Source of the DNA: Octopus bimaculoides
Taxonomy: Eukaryota
Direction: 5' to 3'
Assembly: GCF_001194135.2 (NCBI RefSeq)
Contig: NC_068999.1
Coordinates: forward strand, 21,202,830-21,235,142
Length of the DNA: 32,313 bases
The notes under the pieces are model-generated. The model was not told the DNA's origin and made no database searches. It was given only the letters and a program-made list of their open reading frames with translations. This document shows, in pieces, positions 1 through 10,645 of this stretch; position 1 is the first letter of the stretch, and each line of letters starts with the position of its first letter. A program made the position numbers and the translations under genes.

Positions 1-49
1 GACTGGCTGGTTTTCTGTCTTTTATACCTATTCCTTGGACAGCAGCAGT

Positions 50-245
50 ATGTGTTTGGCTATTTTTAAAGTTGATGCCGAGTTTATTTTTAGAAATGAT
101 GACATTTGATAGATTTTTTGTGTTTTGGTTATAGGGATAAGATTTTTGAACCCCAGTAGGTGTTTGGCTATTTTTAGAAATGATGACATTTGAGAGATTT
201 TTTGTGTTTTAGTTATAGGGATAAGATTTTTAAACCCCAAGTAGG
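50..245. repeat. Imperfect tandem duplication, 84-bp period (~2 copies)
   Basis: TATTTTTAGAAATGATGACATTTGA starts at 85 and 169; ORF 28..240 repeats GFKNLIPITKTQKI with a 28-aa period. Confidence 0.9.
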
Positions 246-308
246 ATAAATTTAATCATTGTTTGTTAAGAGTAGGTTTGAATTTCTTAATAAAGTCCTT
301 AAACAGTT

Positions 309-415
309 GGGCAAAAGAGACCGATAGAATAACAGAATCCTGGGGTCGATTTGTTCGACTTAAACTTTTCAAGGCCGTTCTCCAACATGACTGAAACATG
401 TAAAAGAATAAGAGA
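309..415 (+). mobile_element. 3' fragment of SINE family 1
   Basis: GGCAAAAGAGACCGATAGAATAA...CCTGGGGTCGATTTGTTCGACT...ATGACTGAAACA matches the 3' halves of the copies at 4606, 7806 and 18550. Confidence 0.8.
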
Positions 416-447
416 GTATATAATGTGTGTAGGTATGTATGTAGACC

Positions 448-489
<42 letters not shown>

Positions 490-723
490 GTTATACAGAA
501 ATCACAAACATATAACAAATATACATAAAAAGGAGTGGGCAACTTCTATGCCTGTCCGGAGGGATAACTTACCTTCCCGCCGCTAAGTTTTACCTTGCTT
601 TCAAAGTTGAAATCGCTAAGTACTTTCTAACGATCATTATTAAAAGAGTAAAAGATTCCTTATTCTTCTTAACTCAGATCTACCACGGATGTCCTTCTGC
701 ACTTTCTGCTGACCTCTGCCAAT

Positions 724-782
724 ATTGAAATCATTTCTATGAAATTGAAATCATTTCTATGAAATTGAAATCATTTCTATGA
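724..782. repeat. 20-bp unit tandem repeat x3 (ATTGAAATCATTTCTATGAA)
   Basis: Read directly from the sequence; the unit recurs at 724, 744 and 764. Confidence 0.95.
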
Positions 783-1358
783 GGTTCCTTGACCTACGTC
801 AAATAGTATCTTGGATGAATCTCATATTACAGTCTTTTTTACAGAACACACTGCATGAGAAACAAAGACGAGATGGACGACGTTGGAGGATATTTGATCG
901 TTGATATCTCCGATTCGAGCAGAAATGAGGACAAACGACAAAAATATCAAAACAACCATGAATACTATTTTCGGATTATTTAAAATAAAAGTATATACAC
1001 AATAGCTGATATATAAACGTGACTCTGGCAGATTGCAGCAATAACAATTTTGGATATTCATCAATACTTAACTTGCATTATAGTGTGGTATCTCGAGTCT
1101 ATGCAAAGACAAATACACACATGAGTGTCGTTGTATACCTTGAAATGTCCATACATCAGGACATAAAGCATCTATAAATTGATATTCATTAGGACACGAA
1201 ATTATAAGTTATAAACCTCGGTACGTGTTTCCTGAAATACATTTATTTATAACAATACACAACATACACACACCATACACACTCACCCACACATAGACAC
1301 ATATTTATATACAAATATACACTTATAGATAGATATATAAATGCATAAAAATATGTGG

Positions 1359-1359
<1 letters not shown>

Positions 1360-1416
<57 letters not shown>

Positions 1417-1892
1417 NNNNNNNNNNNNNNNNNNNNNNNNNNNNNNNNNNNNNNNNNNNNNNNNNNNNNNNNNNNNNNNNNNNNNNNNNNNNNNNNNNNN
1501 NNNNNNNNNNNNNNNNNNNNNNNNNNNNNNNNNNNNNNNNNNNNNNNNNNNNNNNNNNNNNNNNNNNNNNNNNNNNNNNNNNNNNNNNNNNNNNNNNNNN
1601 NNNNNNNNNNNNNNNNNNNNNNNNNNNNNNNNNNNNNNNNNNNNNNNNNNNNNNNNNNNNNNNNNNNNNNNNNNNNNNNNNNNNNNNNNNNNNNNNNNNN
1701 NNNNNNNNNNNNNNNNNNNNNNNNNNNNNNNNNNNNNNNNNNNNNNNNNNNNNNNNNNNNNNNNNNNNNNNNNNNNNNNNNNNNNNNNNNNNNNNNNNNN
1801 NNNNNNNNNNNNNNNNNNNNNNNNNNNNNNNNNNNNNNNNNNNNNNNNNNNNNNNNNNNNNNNNNNNNNNNNNNNNNNNNNNNNNNNNNNNN

Positions 1893-1942
<50 letters not shown>
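1360..1942. repeat. (TA)n and (TG)n microsatellites flanking assembly gap 1417-1892
   Basis: Direct observation; the ORFs spanning it are N and dinucleotide artefacts. Confidence 0.95.
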
Positions 1943-1945
<3 letters not shown>

Positions 1946-2410
1946 ATGCATACATGAATAGCTTCATGGAAACACACTTTTACCATAATATGTTAACATA
2001 TACGCGTACACACACTCACACACATATACATGCGTTCGTGTGTGTATGTATGTACGTATGAGTAAATAGGAAGAGAATAGAGTCATATACAGATAAATTT
2101 CATTAATTCCAATTAAAGAACACGCGGAATTTTATTGCTTATTGGCAAAGTTTTGGGTTTATTTTGTTCCATAAAAATACAAAATATTATAATGTTATAA
2201 TTTCAGCTGAATCTATGAAATAACTCATTTGTATTTTGTTTAGAAACATTAATTCCTTTGATCGTACATGTAATTATTGTTCAGTTATTGGTTTGTCTTT
2301 CTTCATAGTTTCACGGTTATCGACCGGGATAAATGATCGTTTTAGCAGACGTCATATTTTACGGGTGCGTAATTGAACTTACAAATGCCAATAAAAGTGT
2401 ACACACACAC

Positions 2411-2501
<91 letters not shown>

Positions 2502-3138
2502 CTTACATAGATATAAATTGACATTTATATGTATATATGGATAGATTTATATATATGTATACATTTTTACATATATGCATATGTGTATACATTCACGTAC
2601 AAATACTAAATCATATACATAAATAGATATATACTAAATTATATATATGCATATGAATGTGTGTGCATACACAGACACAAACCTGATCACATCTTACACA
2701 CGTACTATACACAGCCTCACACGTCCACACATATACACTTATAAATACACGAAACACACATCACTTCATACAGCACACGTACTTGTTTACTTATACACGT
2801 ACACACTCCTACTCACATACGCAGGGTCAGATAATCTAATGCTCGCCCACACGCGCTCGCCCCCTACTCCCCTCCACACACACATACACACACACTTGCA
2901 CACTCATACACACCATTCTCACATATACACACACACGCTTGCACACCCCTGTTTAGCTGGGTCACTGTTATTTCTCCTTCCATTTCTCTCTCTCTCTCTC
3001 TCTCTCTCTCCTTCTCTCTCTCATCCATTTTCCTCAAGCGTCTACACCGGCTTGTTGTTCCTTCACCTGTTTGTATCTTGTTTTTTGTACATTTGAACCA
3101 TGTATATATATACCTATATATATATATATATATATATA

Positions 3139-4445
3139 TGGTTCGTCCTTGGGCACTTTATAAACTCGTCTAACCTTGAGAGGGGACACTGAATGATCTG
3201 CTTATCTTTCAACAGAAGTATCAGGTTATCATATACAGGTGACTGTATATGGTCCATTGTTCCGAAAAGTCTACCGCTTCCAAAATCATCTTCATGACTA
3301 GAATAAACCACGTGACAGACATTTTGCAGACAACTGAAATGCCGATCTCCAGGCTGTGCCAGTTTGTTGTATACTTACCAGATGTAAAATCTCGTTTCGA
3401 CACTTTCATATGTCCTCATTAATTTTGTTAGTTTCTTCGGAATGTGGAATTGGTCCGTGGTTCTCATTGGAAATTCATGTAGCACTGAGCCATATACATT
3501 AGCTAAATCAAGCCATACCAAATTCAAGCATTTTCTTCTATTTGGCATCCTGGATCGCTTTGCAAATCGAAAGATATATTCGACTTATCTTGAGTTTCCC
3601 GAGATTCCGGCCCATTGAACAGATTCATCTACATATCCATTATTCTGTAGATATGTTACTGTTCTCTTTTAAAGAAGGCCCATAAACATCTTGCCATCCA
3701 CAATCAATAAGGATATCAGTCTAAAGCATCGGCTTTCTTTAACAGGAATACGCCTTCCTCCACTAGACCTTCGTTGCATCAGAGCTGTCGGAGCAGGACA
3801 AAGAGCTTCTTTCGTAGAAGATTGCAGTGTTTATACACTTTATATGAAACACCATCACTTCCTGGAGTATTCTTTAGCCTAGCTTTTCTCACGCATTCAT
3901 TCCCTTCTTTCTTCCTGATGCCTCCTACTTGAAATTTGACATCAGGTTCTAAGACATGCTTCAGTCCGTTTATATGTGGCAGTGGCTGGCTACGATTTGG
4001 ATCGCTGCAAGTTTCTTTGATATGGTCATCCAGTTTCCTTTTGTGTAACTCTCTTTGCTTCAGTGAACAGCATCTTCATAACCCCGTACAGGTTCTTCAA
4101 AAACTGTTCACTGGCTTTTTGCTTTCTTTTCTTTGCTCATATCGGCGGATATTTCGTTGCATAAAGTGGCATTTTCTCTTTAAACCTTCGTGCAGGAGCA
4201 CGGGGTCATGTTTTTCGTCTTCCTCCGACGTTTCCATTGCTTTCTTAAGTTGTACTCGAGCCTCAATAGTTTCATTTTCATGTTTGGTCCACTCTTTCCT
4301 TTTGCCAATTGGGTCCCAGATTTTATCACTGCAAAAACGTTCAATTTCTGTCTTTCACATTGAACTTGCTACATTTCCCAGTTTCTCTACTGTGGATCCT
4401 ATCATTTTGTATAAAGATTTACATACTTTGTTTTCAAACTCTTTG
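3139..4445 (-). mobile_element. Decayed reverse transcriptase fragment of a HERO-like (R2/RLE-group) non-LTR retrotransposon
   Basis: Manual minus-strand translation across frameshifts and stops gives, in order: ETCSDPNRSQPLP..EPDVKF, ECVRKARLKNTPGSDGVSYKVYKHC (~3826-3900), ISLLIVDGKMFMGLL*KRTVTYLQNNGYVDESVQ, LVWLDLANVYGSVLH (~3475-3520) and TSGKYTTNWHSLEIGISVVCKMSVTWFILVMKMIL. This is collinear with the HERO-clade RT as I recall it (KARxxSAPGPxGVPYKVYK, ISLLxVEGK, YIDxSVQKGG, WLDLANAYGSxPH, GCTISxILF). It is truncated near the YMDD position, and no endonuclease is seen. Confidence 0.85.
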
Positions 4446-4605
4446 TTTTCAAGTAACATAAGCATGCAACATAATGCTCACACACACACACACACACACA
4501 CAAACACAGATAGAGATTTGAAACATATTAAATCATATTCCGCAAAGAAAACTCAAAATGTTCACGCCATCTTCTAATAACTATGAACAGCTATAACTAT
4601 ACATA

Positions 4606-4792
4606 GGCGCAGGAGTGACTGTGTGGTAAGTAGCTTGCTCACCAACCACATGGTTCCGGGTTCAGTCCCACTGCGTGGCACCTTGGGCAAGCGTTTTTAC
4701 TATAGCTTCGGGTTGACCAAAGCCTTGTGAGTGGATTTGGTAGACGGAAACTGAAAGTAGCCTGTTGTACATATATATATATATATATATGT

Positions 4793-4828
<36 letters not shown>

Positions 4829-5041
4829 NNNNNNNNNNNNNNNNNNNNNNNNNNNNNNNNNNNNNNNNNNNNNNNNNNNNNNNNNNNNNNNNNNNNNNNN
4901 NNNNNNNNNNNNNNNNNNNNNNNNNNNNNNNNNNNNNNNNNNNNNNNNNNNNNNNNNNNNNNNNNNNNNNNNNNNNNNNNNNNNNNNNNNNNNNNNNNNN
5001 NNNNNNNNNNNNNNNNNNNNNNNNNNNNNNNNNNNNNNNNN

Positions 5042-5085
<44 letters not shown>

Positions 5086-5278
5086 CTGTGTTTGTCTCCC
5101 CAACATCGCTTGACAACCGATGGTGGTGTGTTTACGTCCCCGTAACTTAGCGGTTCGGCAAAAGAGACCGATAAAATAAGTACTAGGCATCCAAAGAATA
5201 AGTCCTGGGGTCGATTTGCTCGACTAAAGGCCGCAGTCAAATGACTGAAACAAGTAAAAGAGTAAAAGAGTAAAAGAG
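4606..5278 (+). mobile_element. tRNA-derived SINE family 1, full length, with expanded internal (TA)n/(TG)n tract containing gap 4829-5041
   Basis: Head GGCGCAGGAGTGACTGTGTGGTAAG has an A-box-like motif and a B-box-like GGTTCAGTCC; tail is CAAATGACTGAAACAAGTAAAAGAG; homologous to three other copies in the window. Confidence 0.9.
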
Positions 5279-5636
5279 CTCCAACATTCTTATATGTCCA
5301 TACATACATACAAACACATACAAAAGCGTTATACTCGAAGCTATCTGCCCTACTACTCTTCTTTACATTAAATCCTCTTTTTCTCCCTTTTAACGCTGGC
5401 CGTTTTCAAATTCTCTCAGATATGTTACACATGTGTAGAGTTTTATTCTCCAGTATTTTTTCTCTATTCATTTTTTACCAAGTTTTTTTCCCCATTTTAT
5501 CTTACTAGTGATGAGCTTTCACCCGAAATGTTAAAGACATTTTTATTTTTCAGACTCTTCACCCAATAACTATAAAATTTACGTTATTTAATGTATCGTG
5601 ATTTTTAATTTCGTGGTGATATTTTATAAAAATACA

Positions 5637-5687
<51 letters not shown>

Positions 5688-6631
5688 GTATATATGTATA
5701 TATGTACATATATATAAATCCCTACATATATGTAAATATGTGTATGTATGTATATGTACACACACACATATATACTCATGTCTGTATGTGTGTGTAAGCG
5801 GATATGCATATGCTAATATATGTATCTATTGGTTTAAGTCGATATTAATACCAAGAACATCGCTTGCTGCCTAGCAATAATTACATGTAAATCTTCGATT
5901 TTGAACAAGGAAACAAAAACAGCTCTTTCTGTTGAGAAATGTATGTTTGTTTGTGAGAGAGAGAAAGATGGAGAAAGAGAGAGTATTTTTCCTCAGCTGA
6001 CCATCTGAGATGGGGTGGAAAGATATTTATATCGAACAAAGTTTAATTTTCGTTTTCAAGCTTCTAAATAATAATTGGTTTCTTTTTGTACATTGAAGCG
6101 GTTGGTGCCTAGAAGTTATACAATCTCTGACATTTCTATATTTCTCCATCAATATATGTATAATAATGTTGTATGAATAGTTGGTGATTCAGTCGCCTCT
6201 ACTTCGGCAAAGATGGTGAAGACTATCCATCAACAACGAGGTTAAAGTAAAATCAAAACACTCGGAGTTAACTCCCGTACTTTATGTGTAATTGAAAACA
6301 TTAGTCATTCACGAATATAACTTTTTCTAATATCTAAGTATATCATTTCTAGCTAATTTTTTTTAATGCTTTATTCTATAAATATGTTAACATTTACTTA
6401 CTACTGATATATAAAGTCTAACTGGAAGAGACTGTGTTCATCTATCATTGAACCGAATACCAATTATCTTATTTAAAATAGCAAACTTACTATTGCCGAA
6501 TCTATATCTCTTGACGTTATATCTCCAAGTTTACTCTTGTGTAAAACTAGTTACATAGTGTAATGGCAACAACAATTTCGTTTCATATACATTGGTAATC
6601 TAACGATGGGCAAGATCCAGGCATCGCATGC

Positions 6632-7710
6632 TACGAGATGTATTCCAGAAGTAAGTTTTGAAAATTTCTTAGGAGAGGCAGCTATACATGTCCTGGATTA
6701 TTGTGCATTTAGTATATCACTACTCTATGTCTAATAAGCTGACCTGCCAAGCTTTGTTATTCCAATTTGAAGGAGACAGATGTATCAATGCTTTCAACAC
6801 GCCCCAGTAAACATTGCTGGTCACAGCTGACTATCTTGCAGAATGCAGTCGAGATATTTGGAAGCTAGCTATACAATAAACTGTTATGTTAAACAGGGCA
6901 AAAATGCTACAGAAACTTATGAACTGCTCCCAACTGTTTATGGAGGAACTTGTTAGTTGGCAGGGGAGGTTTAAGAACGGTGGAGGGAGGTGAGAGATGA
7001 GGAGATGTGTGGGAGGGAGTTAAACGTCAAAGCACCAGAACTGGTTGAGAAAATTCGCATACTTCAGATGAAGACAGTCGTTTGTCTATAAAGACAAATA
7101 TACAGTTTGGAGTTGGTGTACAGAATTATCCATGAAGATCTGAACATGCGCGAAATCTGTGCAACGTTTCTTCACAGATGACTGTGACGAGCATCCTGGT
7201 CAGAGATGAGAATCAAAACTCTCCATCACACCCTTTATAGTACAGAACTTGCTCTCTTTGTCTTTTGGTTGTTCCCCGAGATGAAGGAGAATCTCAGAGA
7301 CATTTCATTTGAAGATGAAGCAGTTTGTGACAAGGCTCCTGAACACCTTTACTTTGGAGGGTTTCTGTGGGATTTTCACGAAGTAGCTGAACCCTAAAAC
7401 AAGTGCATTGAAGTTAGAGGACCCTACTTTGAAGAAGGTTGGAGTTTGTACTTCTTTGAAAGTAATTAGCTAGCTTCCAAATATCTCGACTGCATTCTGC
7501 AAACTAATCAGCTATGACCAGCAATGTTTACTGGGGCGTGTTCCAAGCACTGGTACAGCTGTCTCCTTCAAACTGGAATAACAAAACTTGGCAGTTCAGC
7601 TTATTATTAGACATAGAGTAGTGATATACTAAAAGCATAATAATCCAGGACATTTATAGCGGCCTCTACTAAGAAATTTTCAAAACTTTTTTCTGGAAAC
7701 CCGTCCCTCT
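6632..7710 (+). mobile_element. Non-autonomous mariner derivative with ~235-bp inverted arms and an internally deleted transposase
   Basis: Arms ~6643-6871 and ~7467-7698 are reverse complements; the inner 36 bp (6836-6871 / 7467-7502) are perfect. Transposase remnants: MQSRYLEASYTINCYVKQGKNATETYELL (from 6843), LHHTLYSTELALFVFWLFPEMKENL (cf. HPPYSPDLAPxDFWLFP) and NKCIEVRGPYFEEG. The left end begins TACGAG, like mariner termini. Confidence 0.9.
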
Positions 7711-7805
7711 CTGACTTTTAGTTCATGCAACTGAAAAACTGCATTATTTATGGCATGACCCAGTATATGCATGTGTGTGGGTGTGTGTATGTGTGTGTGT
7801 GTATA

Positions 7806-8203
7806 GACGCAGGAGTGTCTATGTGGTAAGTAGCTTGCTTACCAGCCACGTGATTCCGGGTTCAGTACCACTGCGTGGCACCTTGTGCGAGTGTCTTCTA
7901 CCTACTATAGCCTGGGGCCGACCAAAGCCTTGTGAATGGATTTGGTAGACAGAAACTGAAAGAAGCCCGTCGGACATATATATGTATGCATGTGTGTGTA
8001 TATGTTTGTGTGTTGGTGTTTGTCCCCCCACCAACATCGCTTGACAATCGATGCTGGTGTGCTTACGTCCCCGCAACTTAGCGGTTCAGCAAAAGAGAGC
8101 GATAGAATAAGTACTAGGCTTATAAAGAAGTCCTGGGGTCGATTTGTTCGACTAAAGGTAGTGCTCCAGCATGGCCGCAGTCAAATGTCTTGAACAAGTA
8201 AAA
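7806..8203 (+). mobile_element. SINE family 1 copy
   Basis: Collinear with the 4606 copy from head to tail; short internal TA/TG tract. Confidence 0.9.
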
Positions 8204-8539
8204 TTTTTAAAATGATAATGAATAATATGTGTGTGTATATAAATATGCGTGTATATATATATGCATGAATGCATGTACGTGCGTATATGTATATAAACAC
8301 ACACACACTCGAGCGCATATATCTGGTAAATTATTTATTAAATAATGAATGTAAAATAGAATATGCAGTGGATAAACAATTCAGTAAAGATTTAATATGA
8401 TATATGTTTGTGTGTGTGAGAGAGAGTGTGCGCACGCGCGTGTGTGTCTATCACATCAAATCTTTACTGAATAATTTACCCAAAGCGTGTTCTATTTCAT
8501 ATTAATTATTTAATAAATAGTTTTTGTGTACAGATAGAT

Positions 8540-8862
<323 letters not shown>

Positions 8863-10229
8863 AAGAATATAGATATACGTGTATATGGTTCATTTCTCAT
8901 TAATTCCTTACTAAATATAATTTACCATGTATATAATTATGTCTTATTAATTCTTTAAGAAATCATGTACGTCGTATATATTTCAATAAATCCTTAATAA
9001 ATAATTTGGAAAATATGTATTCTATATCACGTTAATTCCTTTCTAAATAATTTATCGATTATATGTTCAGTTCCCAATTAAGTAAATCTTTGCATTATTC
9101 CCTAAAAAATAAAGTATCCTATATAGTTATCCCTTTTATTTCTTATTACATAATTTACAAATATATTTTCCATTTCCAATTATATATTATCTACATAATT
9201 CTCCAATAAATAAAGTACCCAATATATATTGTTATATTTCAGGATGGTCATTTTGTTTTCTTACCAAATAAACACATGCACTATATATTCATTCTTCACT
9301 CGTTCATAATTGTTCTTTTTTTATCTTATGTTCATTCGTCGCCCATCTGTGACCACTTCAGTGACTCTTCCATCCACGTATTTCCTTCTGTTCTGTTCAG
9401 TCTAGAGAATGGACATAAGATAAAATAAGAAGAAGAAGAATAAACGAGTGAAGAACGAATATATAGTGCGTGTGTTTATTTGGCAAGAAAAAAAATGACC
9501 ATCCCGGAATATAACAATATTTGCTTCAACTCACGTTTTGACATCAGGAATTTTGTAAAGTAAATACATAAACGTAACCAATATATATAGTTTTTCCTAT
9601 TTATTTCTAATTAATCACTTACCAAATGTGTATTTCTTTCACATTGATAAGCCTTCACTTGAATTGCTCTAGCTTGACTGTTGTGATGAGATCTACTCTA
9701 TCTTCACTTCCAAGGCTAAATCCATTGCGACAATGAGACCTGCTTTCTGCAGGTACCCACTGTATTAAGATCCACTGCACAAATTACCTGTTCACATGGC
9801 ATTGCCTTCATCTCCCAGTGTTAGAAAAATCTGCCGCTGAGAAATGGAATGAGATTATTATTGAGGATTGCCTCTTTAGCCCGTCTACTTCAGTATCCCT
9901 TACCCCCCTTTCTGCATGTTCTCTCTTGTTTTCAGAGATAATCTTGGTGCTAAGTTAGCTGGTAGGGACTTCAAATACCTCACCAGAACCCTTCAGCCTA
10001 TATTTCACATTAAATTCTAATTAATTGATTTACAAAATCCATAACTACTTTAATTACTTCAGGATTCAGCTACGATATACCACGAAAGATGCATGCGCTC
10101 AGTTCAGGCTCTTTAAATAGGAAATCGCTGGAATAATTCACGAATTTTGATTCCCCCTCTAATCTATTTTATTTGCATCATATGAATCAGTTTCTTTTTT
10201 TTTTTTTTTTCCATGTAATTATGAGTGCA

Positions 10230-10645
10230 AATATGCTTGATGCACGTTCGAACTGGGGAACAAGTTACTCACTACGTTTTGTCACGGAGAATATATCTCA
10301 CTTGTTGACCAATGGTGTGTAGACACCTAGATCAGCTCTCAGTGCCCACCTACGTGGCACCTGTGAGATGTTAACATTTCGAAGCAGTTGTCTCCTTATC
10401 GGTCACATACACTAAGTAGATGACACTGCGAGCTCAATTAAGAGATTACCTCTCATGCTTTTCCAGTGTTTGTGACCGATGAGGAGACAACCACTCCGAA
10501 ATGTTAATACCTCACAGTCTAGGTAGGTGGCGCTGCGTGCTGATCCAGGTGTATACACACTATTTGTCAACAAGCGAAATATATTCTCCGTGGCAAAACG
10601 CAGTGAGTAGCTTCTCCCCCAGTTTGTACGTGTATCAAGCATATT
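10230..10645. mobile_element. 416-bp foldback/MITE-like palindromic element (arms ~10230-10413 and ~10465-10645, ~51-bp loop)
   Basis: The left arm AATATGCTTGATGCACGTTCGAACTGGGGAAC... is the reverse complement of the right arm ...CCCCAGTTTGTACGTGTATCAAGCATATT, at roughly 80% identity by eye along ~180 bp. No coding capacity. The inverted repeat is certain; the MITE call is inferred. Confidence 0.75.

Noticed and set aside
724-782. Regular 20-bp repeats as a possible CRISPR-like array
   Set aside because: The units are contiguous with no spacers, and the context is eukaryotic with no cas genes.
822-1064. 80-aa ORF with a hydrophobic stretch (FILNNPKIVFMVVLIFL) vaguely like GPCR TM5; also a possible plus-strand terminal exon after the AG at 844
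   Set aside because: No TM6/TM7 follows, there is no clear splice context, and the two readings are mutually exclusive; hydrophobic ORFs are common in T-rich DNA.
1243-1986. Long ORFs over 1243-1986, and likewise 4639-5309 and 30618-31888
   Set aside because: They run through N gaps and dinucleotide repeats; they are artefacts.
2647-3096. 149-aa His/Thr-rich ORF
   Set aside because: Encoded by degenerate (CA)n/(CT)n low-complexity DNA; no domain signal.
3936-4577. 213-aa plus-strand ORF
   Set aside because: Antisense shadow of the HERO-like RT fragment on the minus strand.
4606-4680. tRNA-like A/B boxes as true tRNA genes
   Set aside because: They are SINE heads; no complete cloverleaf or anticodon arm can be built.
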